Source: a virus
Lineage: Duplodnaviria; Caudoviricetes
DNA: 38,561 bases
Virus record (IMG/VR): IMGVR_UViG_3300029821_000128
Span: 1-38,561 of that record
Direction: 5' to 3' (one strand)
The translations under genes and the position numbers were made by a program. Shown piece after piece: positions 25,783 through 34,282 of this stretch. The notes under the pieces are model-generated. The model made no database searches, was not told the origin of the DNA, and saw nothing but the letters and a program-made list of their open reading frames with translations. Every line of letters starts with the position of its first letter. Position 1 is the stretch's first letter.

Positions 25783-25812
25783 ATTATACTGTAAGCTAAC
25801 GAGCTTACGCAA
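25783..25812 (-). promoter_or_regulatory. Promoter of XRE-ImmA operon with palindromic operator
   Basis: TTGCGT - 18 bp - TATAAT; inverted repeat GTAAGCT-N4-AGCTTAC (25791-25808) between the elements. Confidence 0.7.
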
Positions 25813-25851
25813 CCCCTATTTTTATTTTTTTCATAGATTCTGGACTTTGCC

Positions 25852-25878
25852 AAAAAAGCCGGCGAGTAAGCCGGCTTT
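25852..25878 (-). terminator. Terminator of early operon
   Basis: AAAGCCGGC-N6-GCCGGCTTT with T6 tail on minus strand. Confidence 0.8.
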
Positions 25879-25908
25879 AACACAAAATAAGAGAGTTGCT
25901 TTCATCTT

Positions 25909-26352
25909 TTAGACCATAGAAGCCTCCTGAGATTTTGATTCGGGCTCGATCAACTCAAGTCCTGTGATTTTTTTGAATTGGGTTACCAGGGCCTTTGCCT
26001 TTGCAAAAAATGGCACGTAGAAAATCAGTTTTTCACCCAGATCTGGGCATTCTTGAAGAACTCGCTTTTTTCCGTATATTTTGGTCATTGACGCTCGGAA
26101 CTTGGCCCGCCACTTCGCGCGACTTTTTTTACACCAGAACTTCTCAACAAGCGGATTATAATTTTTGTTGTCCTGTTTGTGTGTCCAAGCCGGTCTAAGC
26201 GAGCCGTTGAAATAGACAATCAATCTGCGCTCACCTTCTTTCCATGCTTCTCTAACAACACTGATTTTATCTTTTCCGAGATAAAAATCTTTGCTGCCAA
26301 AATAGCCGGCCAGGTCTTTTTCGATTTCGGCCCATTGCTCTTTTGTAATCAA
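25909..26352 (-). CDS. Conserved phage hypothetical protein, 147 aa
   Basis: TTG start overlapping upstream stop; ITKEQWAEIE N-terminus typical of Mu-like semi-essential early genes. Confidence 0.7.
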   Translation of the reverse strand: MITKEQWAEIEKDLAGYFGSKDFYLGKDKISVVREAWKEGERRLIVYFNGSLRPAWTHKQDNKNYNPLVEKFWCKKSRAKWRAKFRASMTKIYGKKRVLQECPDLGEKLIFYVPFFAKAKALVTQFKKITGLELIEPESKSQEASMV

Positions 26353-26531
26353 GCTGACTTCTCCTTTTTGGCAAGCAAACGACGGCAGGTTTTGCAGTTG
26401 TCTGGCGAATCGTCATTTCCCTGTTCCCGATGACCGGCATACATCCAGGCACGGCATAATGAGAACGGGCCGCTAAAGTAATGGGCTTTTTTTGCTGCTT
26501 CAGGCCAGCCCCAGCCTTCATTGTTTGTCAT
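26349..26531 (-). CDS. Small Zn-binding hypothetical protein, 60 aa
   Basis: GGAGG RBS; KAHYF...SLC..W...NCKTC. Confidence 0.7.
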   Translation of the reverse strand: MTNNEGWGWPEAAKKAHYFSGPFSLCRAWMYAGHREQGNDDSPDNCKTCRRLLAKKEKSA

Positions 26532-26562
26532 TTCAAAACCTCCGTATAGTCAAATCATCTGT

Positions 26563-26670
26563 CTACTGAACTTCGGTGTTTTCGGAACCGCAATCTGGAC
26601 AAGGGGCGTCGATCGGTAGATCACTTGTAAATTCACAACCACAGTCAGTGCAAACATACGGCAACAGCAT
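26563..26670 (-). CDS. Unannotated 35-aa zinc-ribbon protein
   Basis: AAGGAG RBS; MLLPYVCTDCGCEFTSDLPIDAPCPDCGSENTEVQ (two CxxC). Confidence 0.7.
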   Translation of the reverse strand: MLLPYVCTDCGCEFTSDLPIDAPCPDCGSENTEVQ

Positions 26671-26679
26671 AATTTCTCC

Positions 26680-26880
26680 TTAAAGTTTAAGTTTCAAGCG
26701 GAACTGGCTGATTACGAGCAGCCAGACGGTAGCGTTGATGGCGGCGTAGGTGTTAACGTCGCCGTGGGTCAGAACACGGTGCCGGCTCAGATAAGTCTCG
26801 ACGGCATCGACGGCAGCAGAAGGGCAGGGCGAAGCAGCTATCAGATCGCGCACTTCCTCAATTTTCATCAGGTCGGGCAT
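26680..26880 (-). CDS. Hypothetical protein, 66 aa
   Basis: ATG 26880 with GGAGG RBS, in operon. Confidence 0.55.
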   Translation of the reverse strand: MPDLMKIEEVRDLIAASPCPSAAVDAVETYLSRHRVLTHGDVNTYAAINATVWLLVISQFRLKLKL

Positions 26881-27046
26881 AAGCCTTCCTCCTGCATAAT
26901 TCGCGTTCAAGTGAGCGCACCTGGTCGCTGTCGGCTACGGCCTGGTCGAGCAGTATCTGAAACTCAAGGCAGTTGACCAGCGGGTGGCCCTGGCGATCGC
27001 GAAAGTCATGCTTTTCAAATCTGGCAACGATCTCTGCTCGATTCAC
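26858..27046 (-). CDS. Hypothetical protein, 62 aa
   Basis: GTGA-coupled; DFRDRQGHPLVNCLEF motif. Confidence 0.65.
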   Translation of the reverse strand: MNRAEIVARFEKHDFRDRQGHPLVNCLEFQILLDQAVADSDQVRSLERELCRRKAYARPDEN

Positions 27047-27195
27047 TCTTTCTTCTCCTGCATTGTTACCAGTTTGCGGTAAGCCTTTTTGATGCGCTTT
27101 TTGTCGCCAGAGAGAACTGCCGACACGTAAGCGTTCGTTACTTTGAACACTTCCCAGCAGCGCGCCTGGGTAACCCTTTCAATTTCAACCGACAT
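27043..27195 (-). CDS. Hypothetical protein, 50 aa
   Basis: ATG 27195 after GAGG RBS (MSVEIERV...); fills gap after mor. Confidence 0.55.
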   Translation of the reverse strand: MSVEIERVTQARCWEVFKVTNAYVSAVLSGDKKRIKKAYRKLVTMQEKKE

Positions 27196-27553
27196 TCGCC
27201 TCTTCCTCTTCAGTCGGAAACAGATCGAGCTGGGTCGGAACCTCAACGCCGTTGTGAACCGCGTTGATGATCTGGTAGACGCGACGGGAAGTAATGCCGT
27301 ATTTATCGCAGATTTCTCGCATGGATATCTGCCCAAACAGCCGGGCGATTTCAAGATCACGCGCGGTATATTTGAAGAAAAAGCCCTTCGGGATATAGAC
27401 ATTATCGCCGCCGATGGCAGTCATGACCGCGTGCGCGCATTTCAGCCCGAGATCGACGGCGCGGCGATCTTCGATGCCGTCAGCCATGAGCTGATTACCG
27501 ATAAATTCAGCAACGACCTGCATTATTTCGGGTAATTCGTCGGGCTTTTTCAT
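27185..27553 (-). CDS. mor: Mor/C family transcription activator, 122 aa
   Basis: GGDNVYIPKG, RDLEI...F, KYGITSRRVYQII. Confidence 0.92.
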   Translation of the reverse strand: MKKPDELPEIMQVVAEFIGNQLMADGIEDRRAVDLGLKCAHAVMTAIGGDNVYIPKGFFFKYTARDLEIARLFGQISMREICDKYGITSRRVYQIINAVHNGVEVPTQLDLFPTEEEEANVG

Positions 27554-27564
27554 AGTGACTCCTT

Positions 27565-27996
27565 TCAGGCTGTTCGGCGACCATGGCGCTGAGCGTCTCT
27601 AACCAGCGCCGAGATTATTCCATTCAGATGTTTTGGCTCACAGAAGGTCAGCGAATCGACCTTCCACATTGTTTTCGCAAGCTTGTCTGCATAAGACCAG
27701 GGACGCTGTGCCTCGGCAAGCAGTGCCTCGATCTTCTTGAGCAGACGACTGCGGTCTGGAACATTCATATTTTTCGGGCGCTTCTGGGTGTGATCGCGTC
27801 GGCCCCAGCCGCGCCCGCGAAAGAAGGCCAGCAGCTTGCGCCGGTTCGGAGCATCGAGCTCGGCTGCCGATTCGGCCTGACAGCACTGCTGAAGAATGTC
27901 GCGATACATATCATCATCGAGGCCGAGGTCTTTTTTCGCCAGGTGAATCATGGCCAGGTCTCGGCGTCTTTGTTCCGGGCTGTCATTTGTTGTCAT
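27565..27996 (-). CDS. gemA: GemA / Mu gp16 family protein, 143 aa
   Basis: AMIHLAKKDLGLDDDMYR..L, KIEALL, WSYA motifs. Confidence 0.92.
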   Translation of the reverse strand: MTTNDSPEQRRRDLAMIHLAKKDLGLDDDMYRDILQQCCQAESAAELDAPNRRKLLAFFRGRGWGRRDHTQKRPKNMNVPDRSRLLKKIEALLAEAQRPWSYADKLAKTMWKVDSLTFCEPKHLNGIISALVRDAQRHGRRTA

Positions 27997-28270
27997 CGGG
28001 TTCCTCCTTTTTTGCCGGCAGAGGCAGCTGGCCCTGTTGTGGTTTCACTGCACCAGGCAGCTCACGTTTTTTGATGTCAGATTCCGGGATGCGTGGCATC
28101 AAGCCTTTGCGCTGTTTGTGGTCGCAAGACGCGCAAATTTTCTGATCTGCTGCGATAGGCGTCTTTTTGCAGATCGAACACAGGTGCCAGCCGTCAGATT
28201 TCAGATGTTTCCACCATTCGCGCTGTTTTGCTTTGATGCGCGTAACTATGTCCTGGTAACTTTCAGTCAT
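27983..28270 (-). CDS. Zn-finger hypothetical protein, 95 aa
   Basis: ATG 28270 with GGAG RBS; CSIC...CASC. Confidence 0.6.
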   Translation of the reverse strand: MTESYQDIVTRIKAKQREWWKHLKSDGWHLCSICKKTPIAADQKICASCDHKQRKGLMPRIPESDIKKRELPGAVKPQQGQLPLPAKKEEPDDNK

Positions 28271-28342
28271 ACTCAACTCCATTGGCTGCTCATCAGGCCG
28301 AAACCGCCACGTTCCGGCGACAGGGCAAGCGCCCTGTTTCGC

Positions 28343-28486
28343 TCAACCAAAAATTGCCGCGATAATCAATGCAAAAACGATTGCTGGCCAGCCGACTTCA
28401 GCTGTGTTAGTCAACTTGAGCGTAATCAATACAAGCGCAAGAGCTTTCCAAAATCCCATGCCATTGACATCCAGCTCCTTGCTCAT
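28343..28486 (-). CDS. Unannotated 47-aa two-TM membrane protein
   Basis: TGATG coupling to gam; MSKELDVNGMGFWKALALVLITLKLTNTAEVGWPAIVFALIIAAIFG. Confidence 0.65.
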   Translation of the reverse strand: MSKELDVNGMGFWKALALVLITLKLTNTAEVGWPAIVFALIIAAIFG

Positions 28487-29004
28487 CAGCCGACGGCCTC
28501 CAGCTTGACTTCGTAAGGCTCGATGCTGAGTTCTTCTTTTTCGCTGACGATGGCGATGCCCTTGACTGCGACAATGGCCTCTGGTTCAGCCAGAATCAGA
28601 TCTTTGCTGATTTCTTCCTTTACGCGAATAAAGCGGCTCAGGCCTTTTTTCTTGAGCATCGCGATAACGTCTTCAGGCTTGGTAATGCGGCATGACGGCG
28701 GGCACTTGCGCCATGAAAGAGTGCCGCTGGGAAGCGTGACGGTCTTGGTTTTGCCGCCGTCGGTAAGCTCTTCGCGATGCACTTCGCAATAAGCTTCGAC
28801 GCCATTCACGATAGCCTTAATCTTCTGATTGCAAGGCTCGGCTTCCTCTTCATAGCGCTTCTTGAGCTTGGTGATCGCCTCGTTCATCTCGTTCTCGATC
28901 TTGTTCCGCATGCGCTCCTGCCGGCCGAGTTCAGCTATCTGGTCAACAAGTTCCTGACGGGTTTTCGGGATTTCACGGTTCACTTCGATCTTGGTTCGGG
29001 CCAT
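28486..29004 (-). CDS. gam: Mu Gam host-nuclease inhibitor (Ku-like), 172 aa; in-frame upstream start at 29169 also possible
   Basis: AAGGAG RBS before MARTK; YCEVHREELT.GGKTKT..L.SG...WRK.PPS, FIRVKEEI.K. Confidence 0.92.
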   Translation of the reverse strand: MARTKIEVNREIPKTRQELVDQIAELGRQERMRNKIENEMNEAITKLKKRYEEEAEPCNQKIKAIVNGVEAYCEVHREELTDGGKTKTVTLPSGTLSWRKCPPSCRITKPEDVIAMLKKKGLSRFIRVKEEISKDLILAEPEAIVAVKGIAIVSEKEELSIEPYEVKLEAVG

Positions 29005-29156
29005 TTGATGTCTCCTTTCGATTTCCTGCCCGGTAAGGCAGTCGCAACATTTCCAGATCCAGGGGCGCATTTCGCCTCTGGCGAGTAACACCCTGGCATG
29101 CAGTCGTTTCAGCAGGCAGACCTGCTTTTCAACCTGCCGCCGCCAGGGTTGGCAGG

Positions 29157-29465
29157 TCAGTGTAGACATTGTTCTTTCCAGGCCTGCAGCACGCGCAAGA
29201 ATTGATTAAAACTTCGCTCGGAAAGCTCGGTGAGCCGACCAAGCTCTTCGACTCTGGCAAATCGGCTGCACATGGCATCGGCCATGGCACAAGCGTCCTC
29301 AGAAGCCTGCTGCAGGTATCCGGCAACTATTTCCAGGGAAAGGTCAGCAGATGTGCCGTCTTTGGCGTCATGGAACTGAAAAAGATCACCAACCATTCGC
29401 GATCTGATCTCGGCAGTCATGCTCTGCAGGTTTGCGATTCTTTCAACTGTGCTGGTGCTGTTCAT
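29157..29465 (-). CDS. Hypothetical early protein, 102 aa
   Basis: GAGGAGG RBS, ATGA coupling. Confidence 0.65.
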   Translation of the reverse strand: MNSTSTVERIANLQSMTAEIRSRMVGDLFQFHDAKDGTSADLSLEIVAGYLQQASEDACAMADAMCSRFARVEELGRLTELSERSFNQFLRVLQAWKEQCLH

Positions 29466-29704
29466 GGTCGTTTCCTCCTCGTGCTCTGAATTCGCCGAAT
29501 TGTTTCAAGATTCTCTCTGGCCTGCAGAAGCCGACAGCCGGCATCGTGGCCAGCCATGTAGCGATAGGCTTCGCGGCATACGCCACCGCAGATGTCACGG
29601 CAGTCGATGCAGCAGGCTATTTTGCAGCCAACCCGGTCGGTCGAGTTGCATTTCAGAGCGCGGATTCTTTTATTGAGGTATTTCTTTGCCGCTCTGAATT
29701 TCAT
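29462..29704 (-). CDS. Cys-rich hypothetical early protein, 80 aa
   Basis: ATGA coupling on both sides. Confidence 0.55.
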   Translation of the reverse strand: MKFRAAKKYLNKRIRALKCNSTDRVGCKIACCIDCRDICGGVCREAYRYMAGHDAGCRLLQARENLETIRRIQSTRRKRP

Positions 29705-29973
29705 CGTTTCATCTCCTCGGCGAACTTGCCTGGAGTCTGACCGCAGAACGGGCAGTGGTTGATTATGATGCCGTTGTCACCGCGTGCCTGCTGGTATTTC
29801 ACGCCGTATAAGATCGATTCCAGTGCCTGGCGACGATTCTCGTCCTTACTCAGAACGTAGACAGGCACAAAGCCTTTGCCTCGATGATTTAAAGACTCAA
29901 CCCGATCGGCGAGCCAGGTGCACATTCGTTCTGAACTGCATTTTTCAAACATTGGTTCTTTGTTCTCGCTCAC
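29701..29973 (-). CDS. Hypothetical protein with CPFCG motif, 90 aa
   Basis: GGAGG RBS, GTGA coupling; INHCPFCG. Confidence 0.7.
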   Translation of the reverse strand: MSENKEPMFEKCSSERMCTWLADRVESLNHRGKGFVPVYVLSKDENRRQALESILYGVKYQQARGDNGIIINHCPFCGQTPGKFAEEMKR

Positions 29974-30464
29974 GCGGCGACCTCCTGTTCTATGTTGTTG
30001 TCGATCAGAGCCGTTCGCTTTTTGTTCATGGCCGGTGGTCTGGGGCCGGTATCGCGCACCAGAAGAAAAATACGAGGATCATTAGAGACCAGGCGCAGAT
30101 AACGACACCGACACATAAGCCTGATTACCTGCCGGCAGTAGTCCGCCGACGCGCCTGTCACCGAAACGATTTCGGCGGCTGAGAATTTGCGCATGCAGCG
30201 CATCGCCTGCCAGATTCTGGCAAGAACATTCGGGTTGACACCACAGACGAAAGGCTTCTCAAGATACACAATCAGTGCCTTTTTAAGCTCTTCAGGACTT
30301 TTCGGCGTCTTCTGCTTTTTGAGCCATTTCAGCAGTGTTGTGAAAGGCTGATCCAGTTCCCTGCTCAGTTTTCTGGCGTTTTGACCGCAGCGGTTGTGCG
30401 CCAGAACGAGCAACTCATGCCAGTCTTGATCTGCATAGTTATTTGATTTGTTTGCCTCTTGCAT
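29970..30464 (-). CDS. Double-HTH DNA-binding protein downstream of MuB, about 164 aa
   Basis: IWQAMR.MRKFS..EI and LVRDTGPRPP motifs of Mu-like post-B genes, plus an N-terminal HTH. Confidence 0.75.
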   Translation of the reverse strand: MQEANKSNNYADQDWHELLVLAHNRCGQNARKLSRELDQPFTTLLKWLKKQKTPKSPEELKKALIVYLEKPFVCGVNPNVLARIWQAMRCMRKFSAAEIVSVTGASADYCRQVIRLMCRCRYLRLVSNDPRIFLLVRDTGPRPPAMNKKRTALIDNNIEQEVAA

Positions 30465-30466
30465 GA

Positions 30467-31198
30467 TCAGCAACCTCCGCGTTTTTTAGCCTTTGGTGAT
30501 TCGGATAGGAAAAAATTTGCCTTTCCCCATTCCTCCGAGCCTATCTCAGCAATAGCAAGCGTTTTGGCCCTGCGCTCGATTGCATCAAGGCCAATCACGA
30601 TCAGCCTGATAACACCCTTCGAAGCATCAAACAGCTTGCGCAGCAGCTCTATTTTGATCGTGATTTCGCATAACGATTTGCTGAGCAGCTGGCAGTCCTC
30701 AAAATCGACCGGCTTGAATTCAACCCACTGTGCGATTCGGTTGACGAACTGGTCTCTAAGCTGCACTTTCTGCTGAACGCCGTCCATGCCGACAAGCACG
30801 ATCGGAACCGAAGACAGGTCATGGATGTCTCTAAGGGTTTCGGTCATCTTTTTGTCTTCGACGATGTAGTCGAATTCATCGATAAACAGAGGTCGACCTG
30901 TGACCCTCAGAACATCGGCGATCTGTGAAACCATCGGGGCGGCACGCAATTTAGTCGGCGCCACATCAAGTTCGCGTAGAATCGCCTGCAACATCGAGCC
31001 GGGTGTCCATGTCGACAATGCCCTGACGTAGACCCCATTGCACTGGTTAACGAACCAGGCGGTTGCAGTGGTTTTTCCCAGACCTGACTTACCGAAGATC
31101 AGGCCGATGCCAGGCGTGCCCGGCGTCCTGGTCAGAAGCGCATCGCTGGCATCTGACAGATTTCCAATGTTTTTCACTGGAGCGACGATTGACCTCAT
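30467..31198 (-). CDS. muB: MuB-like transposition AAA+ ATPase, 243 aa
   Basis: Walker A GKSGLGKT, Walker B LFIDE, LRDIHD...PIVLVGM; follows transposase. Confidence 0.93.
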   Translation of the reverse strand: MRSIVAPVKNIGNLSDASDALLTRTPGTPGIGLIFGKSGLGKTTATAWFVNQCNGVYVRALSTWTPGSMLQAILRELDVAPTKLRAAPMVSQIADVLRVTGRPLFIDEFDYIVEDKKMTETLRDIHDLSSVPIVLVGMDGVQQKVQLRDQFVNRIAQWVEFKPVDFEDCQLLSKSLCEITIKIELLRKLFDASKGVIRLIVIGLDAIERRAKTLAIAEIGSEEWGKANFFLSESPKAKKRGGC

Positions 31199-31256
31199 GT
31201 TAAACTCCCTTATGACTTAAAATTTCTGGCCGGCTTCAACGCCGGTCTTTTTCTTT

Positions 31257-33506
31257 TTATTTTGCGTTGATGACCAGCTGGTTTTCTTCAGCGAGCCGCT
31301 TCATGCGTTCGTGGGTGCGACCTTCCGGGGTTTGTTCCCAGGAGCGACGCCACCGGTCATCTTCTTCTGAAATGCCCTTAAAATTCACGGCCCGCAGCGC
31401 TTCGTAACGTGCTACCCGGGCCTTTTTTTCATCCTGTTCGCGTTCTTCTTCTGACCGGCGGCGAGAGTCGAGGTCAACGATTTCAGCCAGCCTTTTTTCG
31501 GCTTCCGGCGATAAAGTCGCAGCAGCGGCGTTGATTTCTTCAAAGGTTGTCGGCTCCGACATGGCATCGTTCACAATCACTGCGTCTGAAGCAGCCTGCA
31601 GAGCCCTGGTGTTGTATTCGGCGGTGGTTTCTTCTGGGAGCGGTCTGTCGACAGACTTGTCTACATAGTTCTGAAGGATTTCGCCGGTGATATTTTTGAG
31701 ATTGGCCGTGCCCGCAAGCTTCTTGAGTTCGCGCTTTTTAGCAGAAACGAATTCTTTCTGTTTCGCTCGCGATACAGCGGCAACCTCTGAGCGCGGCAGA
31801 CCAAGCAGCTCGGGTCTGATGGCAGTGCAGATATAGTCACGGTCGGCGTTGAAGACCATAATCTTGCCGGCATCAAACGGGTCGTATTTAACAACGACGG
31901 TTTCACCGATGTAACAGGCAAGCTCAGGCGCAACAAAGCTGAAATGATCGATAGCGATACCCTTCTTGCCGACAACGCGGGTGCCACCACCGGGAGCCTC
32001 GGCCAGAAGATAGTCGAGCGCCCGCACGTCACTGATTCGTCTCACCAGGAAGCCTTCATTTATACAGGCAGCCACAGCATCAGCAGGCGTTTTACCATCG
32101 AGGCCCTCATGAGGGGTGTTGAAATATAGGTGATCTGTCCATTTGTCGCAAAATTCCTGCAGCTGCACGGCATCCATGAAACCCAGCTCGATCGGGTCGG
32201 ACTTGTCGCCGTGACGTTGCGCGAAACTCTTGCGATCTTCAATTTTCTTGCGCTCAGCAACGCTACAGCCGAGATATTCCTGGCAGAGCGGAAACAGGCT
32301 ATGATTGAAAGTGCCGAAAAAACTTTCGATAAATGGTTTGCGGTCTGGTGAGAATGGCGCGCAGATCAGATGTTCGATTTCGAGAGCGTTAAAAGCCTCG
32401 ACCAGGTATTTCGATGTATAGTCAGAGCCGTTATCGGTCTTGATGCTCTCAGGAACACCCCAGTCAAGGATTGCCCGTCTTACCAGAGCGGCGACGGCAA
32501 CGGCCTTACTGGTCTTATTGACCAGCATCTTGGCGCGGCGCGTCTTTATGTCAATTACGCCAACCAGTGTATGTCTGCCGTCTTTGAGCATAACGTCAGT
32601 GGGCGTGCTGTCCATTTCCCAGCACTGCAGGTATCTATCGATGCCGGCGGAAGCATCACCGAAAGCGGCGCCGCGTTTCCCGCGCCAGGCATCGGGGCTC
32701 TGAATGAATTCGAAAACCTGCTTGTTATTGTTTTTCCATGCCTCCATGAAGCGGGCAATCGTCTTAACATGCGGAACCTCTTCGAGCTCCATCTTGTCTT
32801 TGCGCGCCTCGATAGCCAACGACACCTGTTTGGCGTCACAGTGCGGGAACTCTGTCATCATAGCGACAGCCAGATCGTAAAGAGCCTTGTTGGTGTAAAA
32901 AATGCCGCTGCCACGTCGGGTGCCGTAGTTTCCGGCCAGGGCGGTGATGCCTTCCTGCCGGTATTTCTTGAGCCACTTCATCAGACTCGGCTGCGAGGTC
33001 TTCTCGATCACGCCGCGCACCCACTCGGGCGCCTGAATCTGGCCTTGATTGTAGGCATGACAGAACAGGAACTGAGCAGCAGTTGTGGTTTCAGTGCAGG
33101 TCTTTTTGAAGGTTTCCCACAACTTGATGATTTCGAGTTTTGCGTTCATTCTGTCTCTGGACATGCCTGTCAATCCTTCTGACTTGTTTAAACTGTCGAG
33201 GCGCTTTGCCTGGGTAACTTTTTGCGAGATCTCTTCTTTGATCTTGAGCTTTGCAGCTTCAGCCTTGCCCTCTTTAAAGGCCGGCTCAGCGCTCATCGCC
33301 TTAATGGTGTCGTTGGTGTTTTTGATCGCCAAGGCTCTTTGTGTCTCCTGGGGAAGACTTGAGATGTGATACTCAAGCCCACCGCCACGGCCCTGGCGCT
33401 CACGAGATTGCCAGTTTTCATTTCTGGCCTTTTTTACGATGCCGTATTTCGTAGTCGGCAGACCATCTAAGCCAGCCAATTCAGCCGTAGAGAACCATTT
33501 ATTCAT
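31257..33506 (-). CDS. muA: MuA-like DDE transposase, 749 aa
   Basis: N-terminal Mu HTH (GRGGGLEYHISSLP); WEMDSTPTD, KTDNGSDY, KPFIESFF; C-terminal RVVGKKGI...YDPFDAG. Confidence 0.96.
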   Translation of the reverse strand: MNKWFSTAELAGLDGLPTTKYGIVKKARNENWQSRERQGRGGGLEYHISSLPQETQRALAIKNTNDTIKAMSAEPAFKEGKAEAAKLKIKEEISQKVTQAKRLDSLNKSEGLTGMSRDRMNAKLEIIKLWETFKKTCTETTTAAQFLFCHAYNQGQIQAPEWVRGVIEKTSQPSLMKWLKKYRQEGITALAGNYGTRRGSGIFYTNKALYDLAVAMMTEFPHCDAKQVSLAIEARKDKMELEEVPHVKTIARFMEAWKNNNKQVFEFIQSPDAWRGKRGAAFGDASAGIDRYLQCWEMDSTPTDVMLKDGRHTLVGVIDIKTRRAKMLVNKTSKAVAVAALVRRAILDWGVPESIKTDNGSDYTSKYLVEAFNALEIEHLICAPFSPDRKPFIESFFGTFNHSLFPLCQEYLGCSVAERKKIEDRKSFAQRHGDKSDPIELGFMDAVQLQEFCDKWTDHLYFNTPHEGLDGKTPADAVAACINEGFLVRRISDVRALDYLLAEAPGGGTRVVGKKGIAIDHFSFVAPELACYIGETVVVKYDPFDAGKIMVFNADRDYICTAIRPELLGLPRSEVAAVSRAKQKEFVSAKKRELKKLAGTANLKNITGEILQNYVDKSVDRPLPEETTAEYNTRALQAASDAVIVNDAMSEPTTFEEINAAAATLSPEAEKRLAEIVDLDSRRRSEEEREQDEKKARVARYEALRAVNFKGISEEDDRWRRSWEQTPEGRTHERMKRLAEENQLVINAK

Positions 33507-33707
33507 TTACGCAGCATCCTTCTCCCAAATTTCTGGCGGGCAGCCCATGTCTATAAAAACCTGTTTGATGTTTGCGCTCGTCATTTTGCCTTTCATGACG
33601 TTAAAAACTGCGGTCTGGCTCACGCCAGCCTTTTGAGCAATATCTTTTTGCTTTATCTCTCTTTCTACGAGCCACTTTTTAAGCTCAATAAATCTTCGGT
33701 TGCTCAC
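33507..33707 (-). CDS. Ner/Cro-like HTH regulator, 66 aa
   Basis: IKQKDIAQKAGVSQTAVFNVMKG HTH directly before transposase. Confidence 0.85.
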   Translation of the reverse strand: MSNRRFIELKKWLVEREIKQKDIAQKAGVSQTAVFNVMKGKMTSANIKQVFIDMGCPPEIWEKDAA

Positions 33708-33719
33708 CTTTACAGCTCC

Positions 33720-34130
33720 CTAATCCGGTTGGCTTAGAACCATAGCAAGATAGGTAAAATCATCGAGGTCTGACTCAGAAATGCTTGGAATCTCTTCCGC
33801 AACCCATTCGGGAACTTTTAATTCCCCGCTGTTATAGGCTTCGCAGAATTGATTCTTCAGAAGAAAACGCCGCCAATACTCGGCAATACGAATCTTGGCG
33901 CGTGCGCGTTCTATATAAGGGATTTTGGTGCTTTTGGTGATTTTGGTAGCATCCAGCCAATTTTGGGTCACCTGAGGCAAACTTGAAACATGATATTCAA
34001 GCCCGCCGCCACGCCCCTGACGCTTCCGACTCTGCCAGTTTTCGCGCTTGGCCTTCTCAAGAATGCCGCGTCTACTAGACGGCAAACCATCCAACCCGAC
34101 CAATTTAGCTGTAGAAAACCATTCCCGCAT
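33720..34130 (-). CDS. Stand-alone Mu DNA-binding domain protein (mini-MuA paralog), 136 aa
   Basis: WFSTA.L.GLDGLP...ENWQSR.RQGRGGGLEYH.SSLPQ.TQ nearly identical to the MuA N-terminus. Confidence 0.85.
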   Translation of the reverse strand: MREWFSTAKLVGLDGLPSSRRGILEKAKRENWQSRKRQGRGGGLEYHVSSLPQVTQNWLDATKITKSTKIPYIERARAKIRIAEYWRRFLLKNQFCEAYNSGELKVPEWVAEEIPSISESDLDDFTYLAMVLSQPD

Positions 34131-34154
34131 TATTTTACCGCCCTTGCTTTTTTG

Positions 34155-34182
34155 TTGACAGATTCCAAAATTTTGTTAGAGT
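34155..34182 (+). promoter_or_regulatory. Candidate repressor promoter, convergent with early promoter
   Basis: TTGACA - 16 bp - TAGAGT with extended -10 TG. Confidence 0.4.
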
Positions 34183-34229
34183 TTCTATTCATGGTTGTGA
34201 AAATAATTTATTTTCTTAACCTATCTGCA

Positions 34230-34258
34230 ATAGTATCAAAATATTTTGATACGGTCAA
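34230..34258 (-). promoter_or_regulatory. Early promoter with operator in spacer
   Basis: TTGACC - 17 bp - TACTAT; perfect 20-bp palindrome GTATCAAAATATTTTGATAC at 34233-34252. Confidence 0.8.
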
Positions 34259-34264
34259 GTGAAA

Positions 34265-34282
34265 TGTCAAAATATTTTGATA
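34265..34282. promoter_or_regulatory. Second operator copy
   Basis: TGTCAAAATATTTTGATA, same palindromic core TCAAAATATTTTGA. Confidence 0.75.

Noticed and set aside
31228-31256. Hairpin GGCCGGC-TTCAAC-GCCGGTC between muA and muB as an early terminator
   Set aside because: U-tract is on the plus strand only; may stop antisense transcription or stabilise mRNA, but cannot be called for the operon
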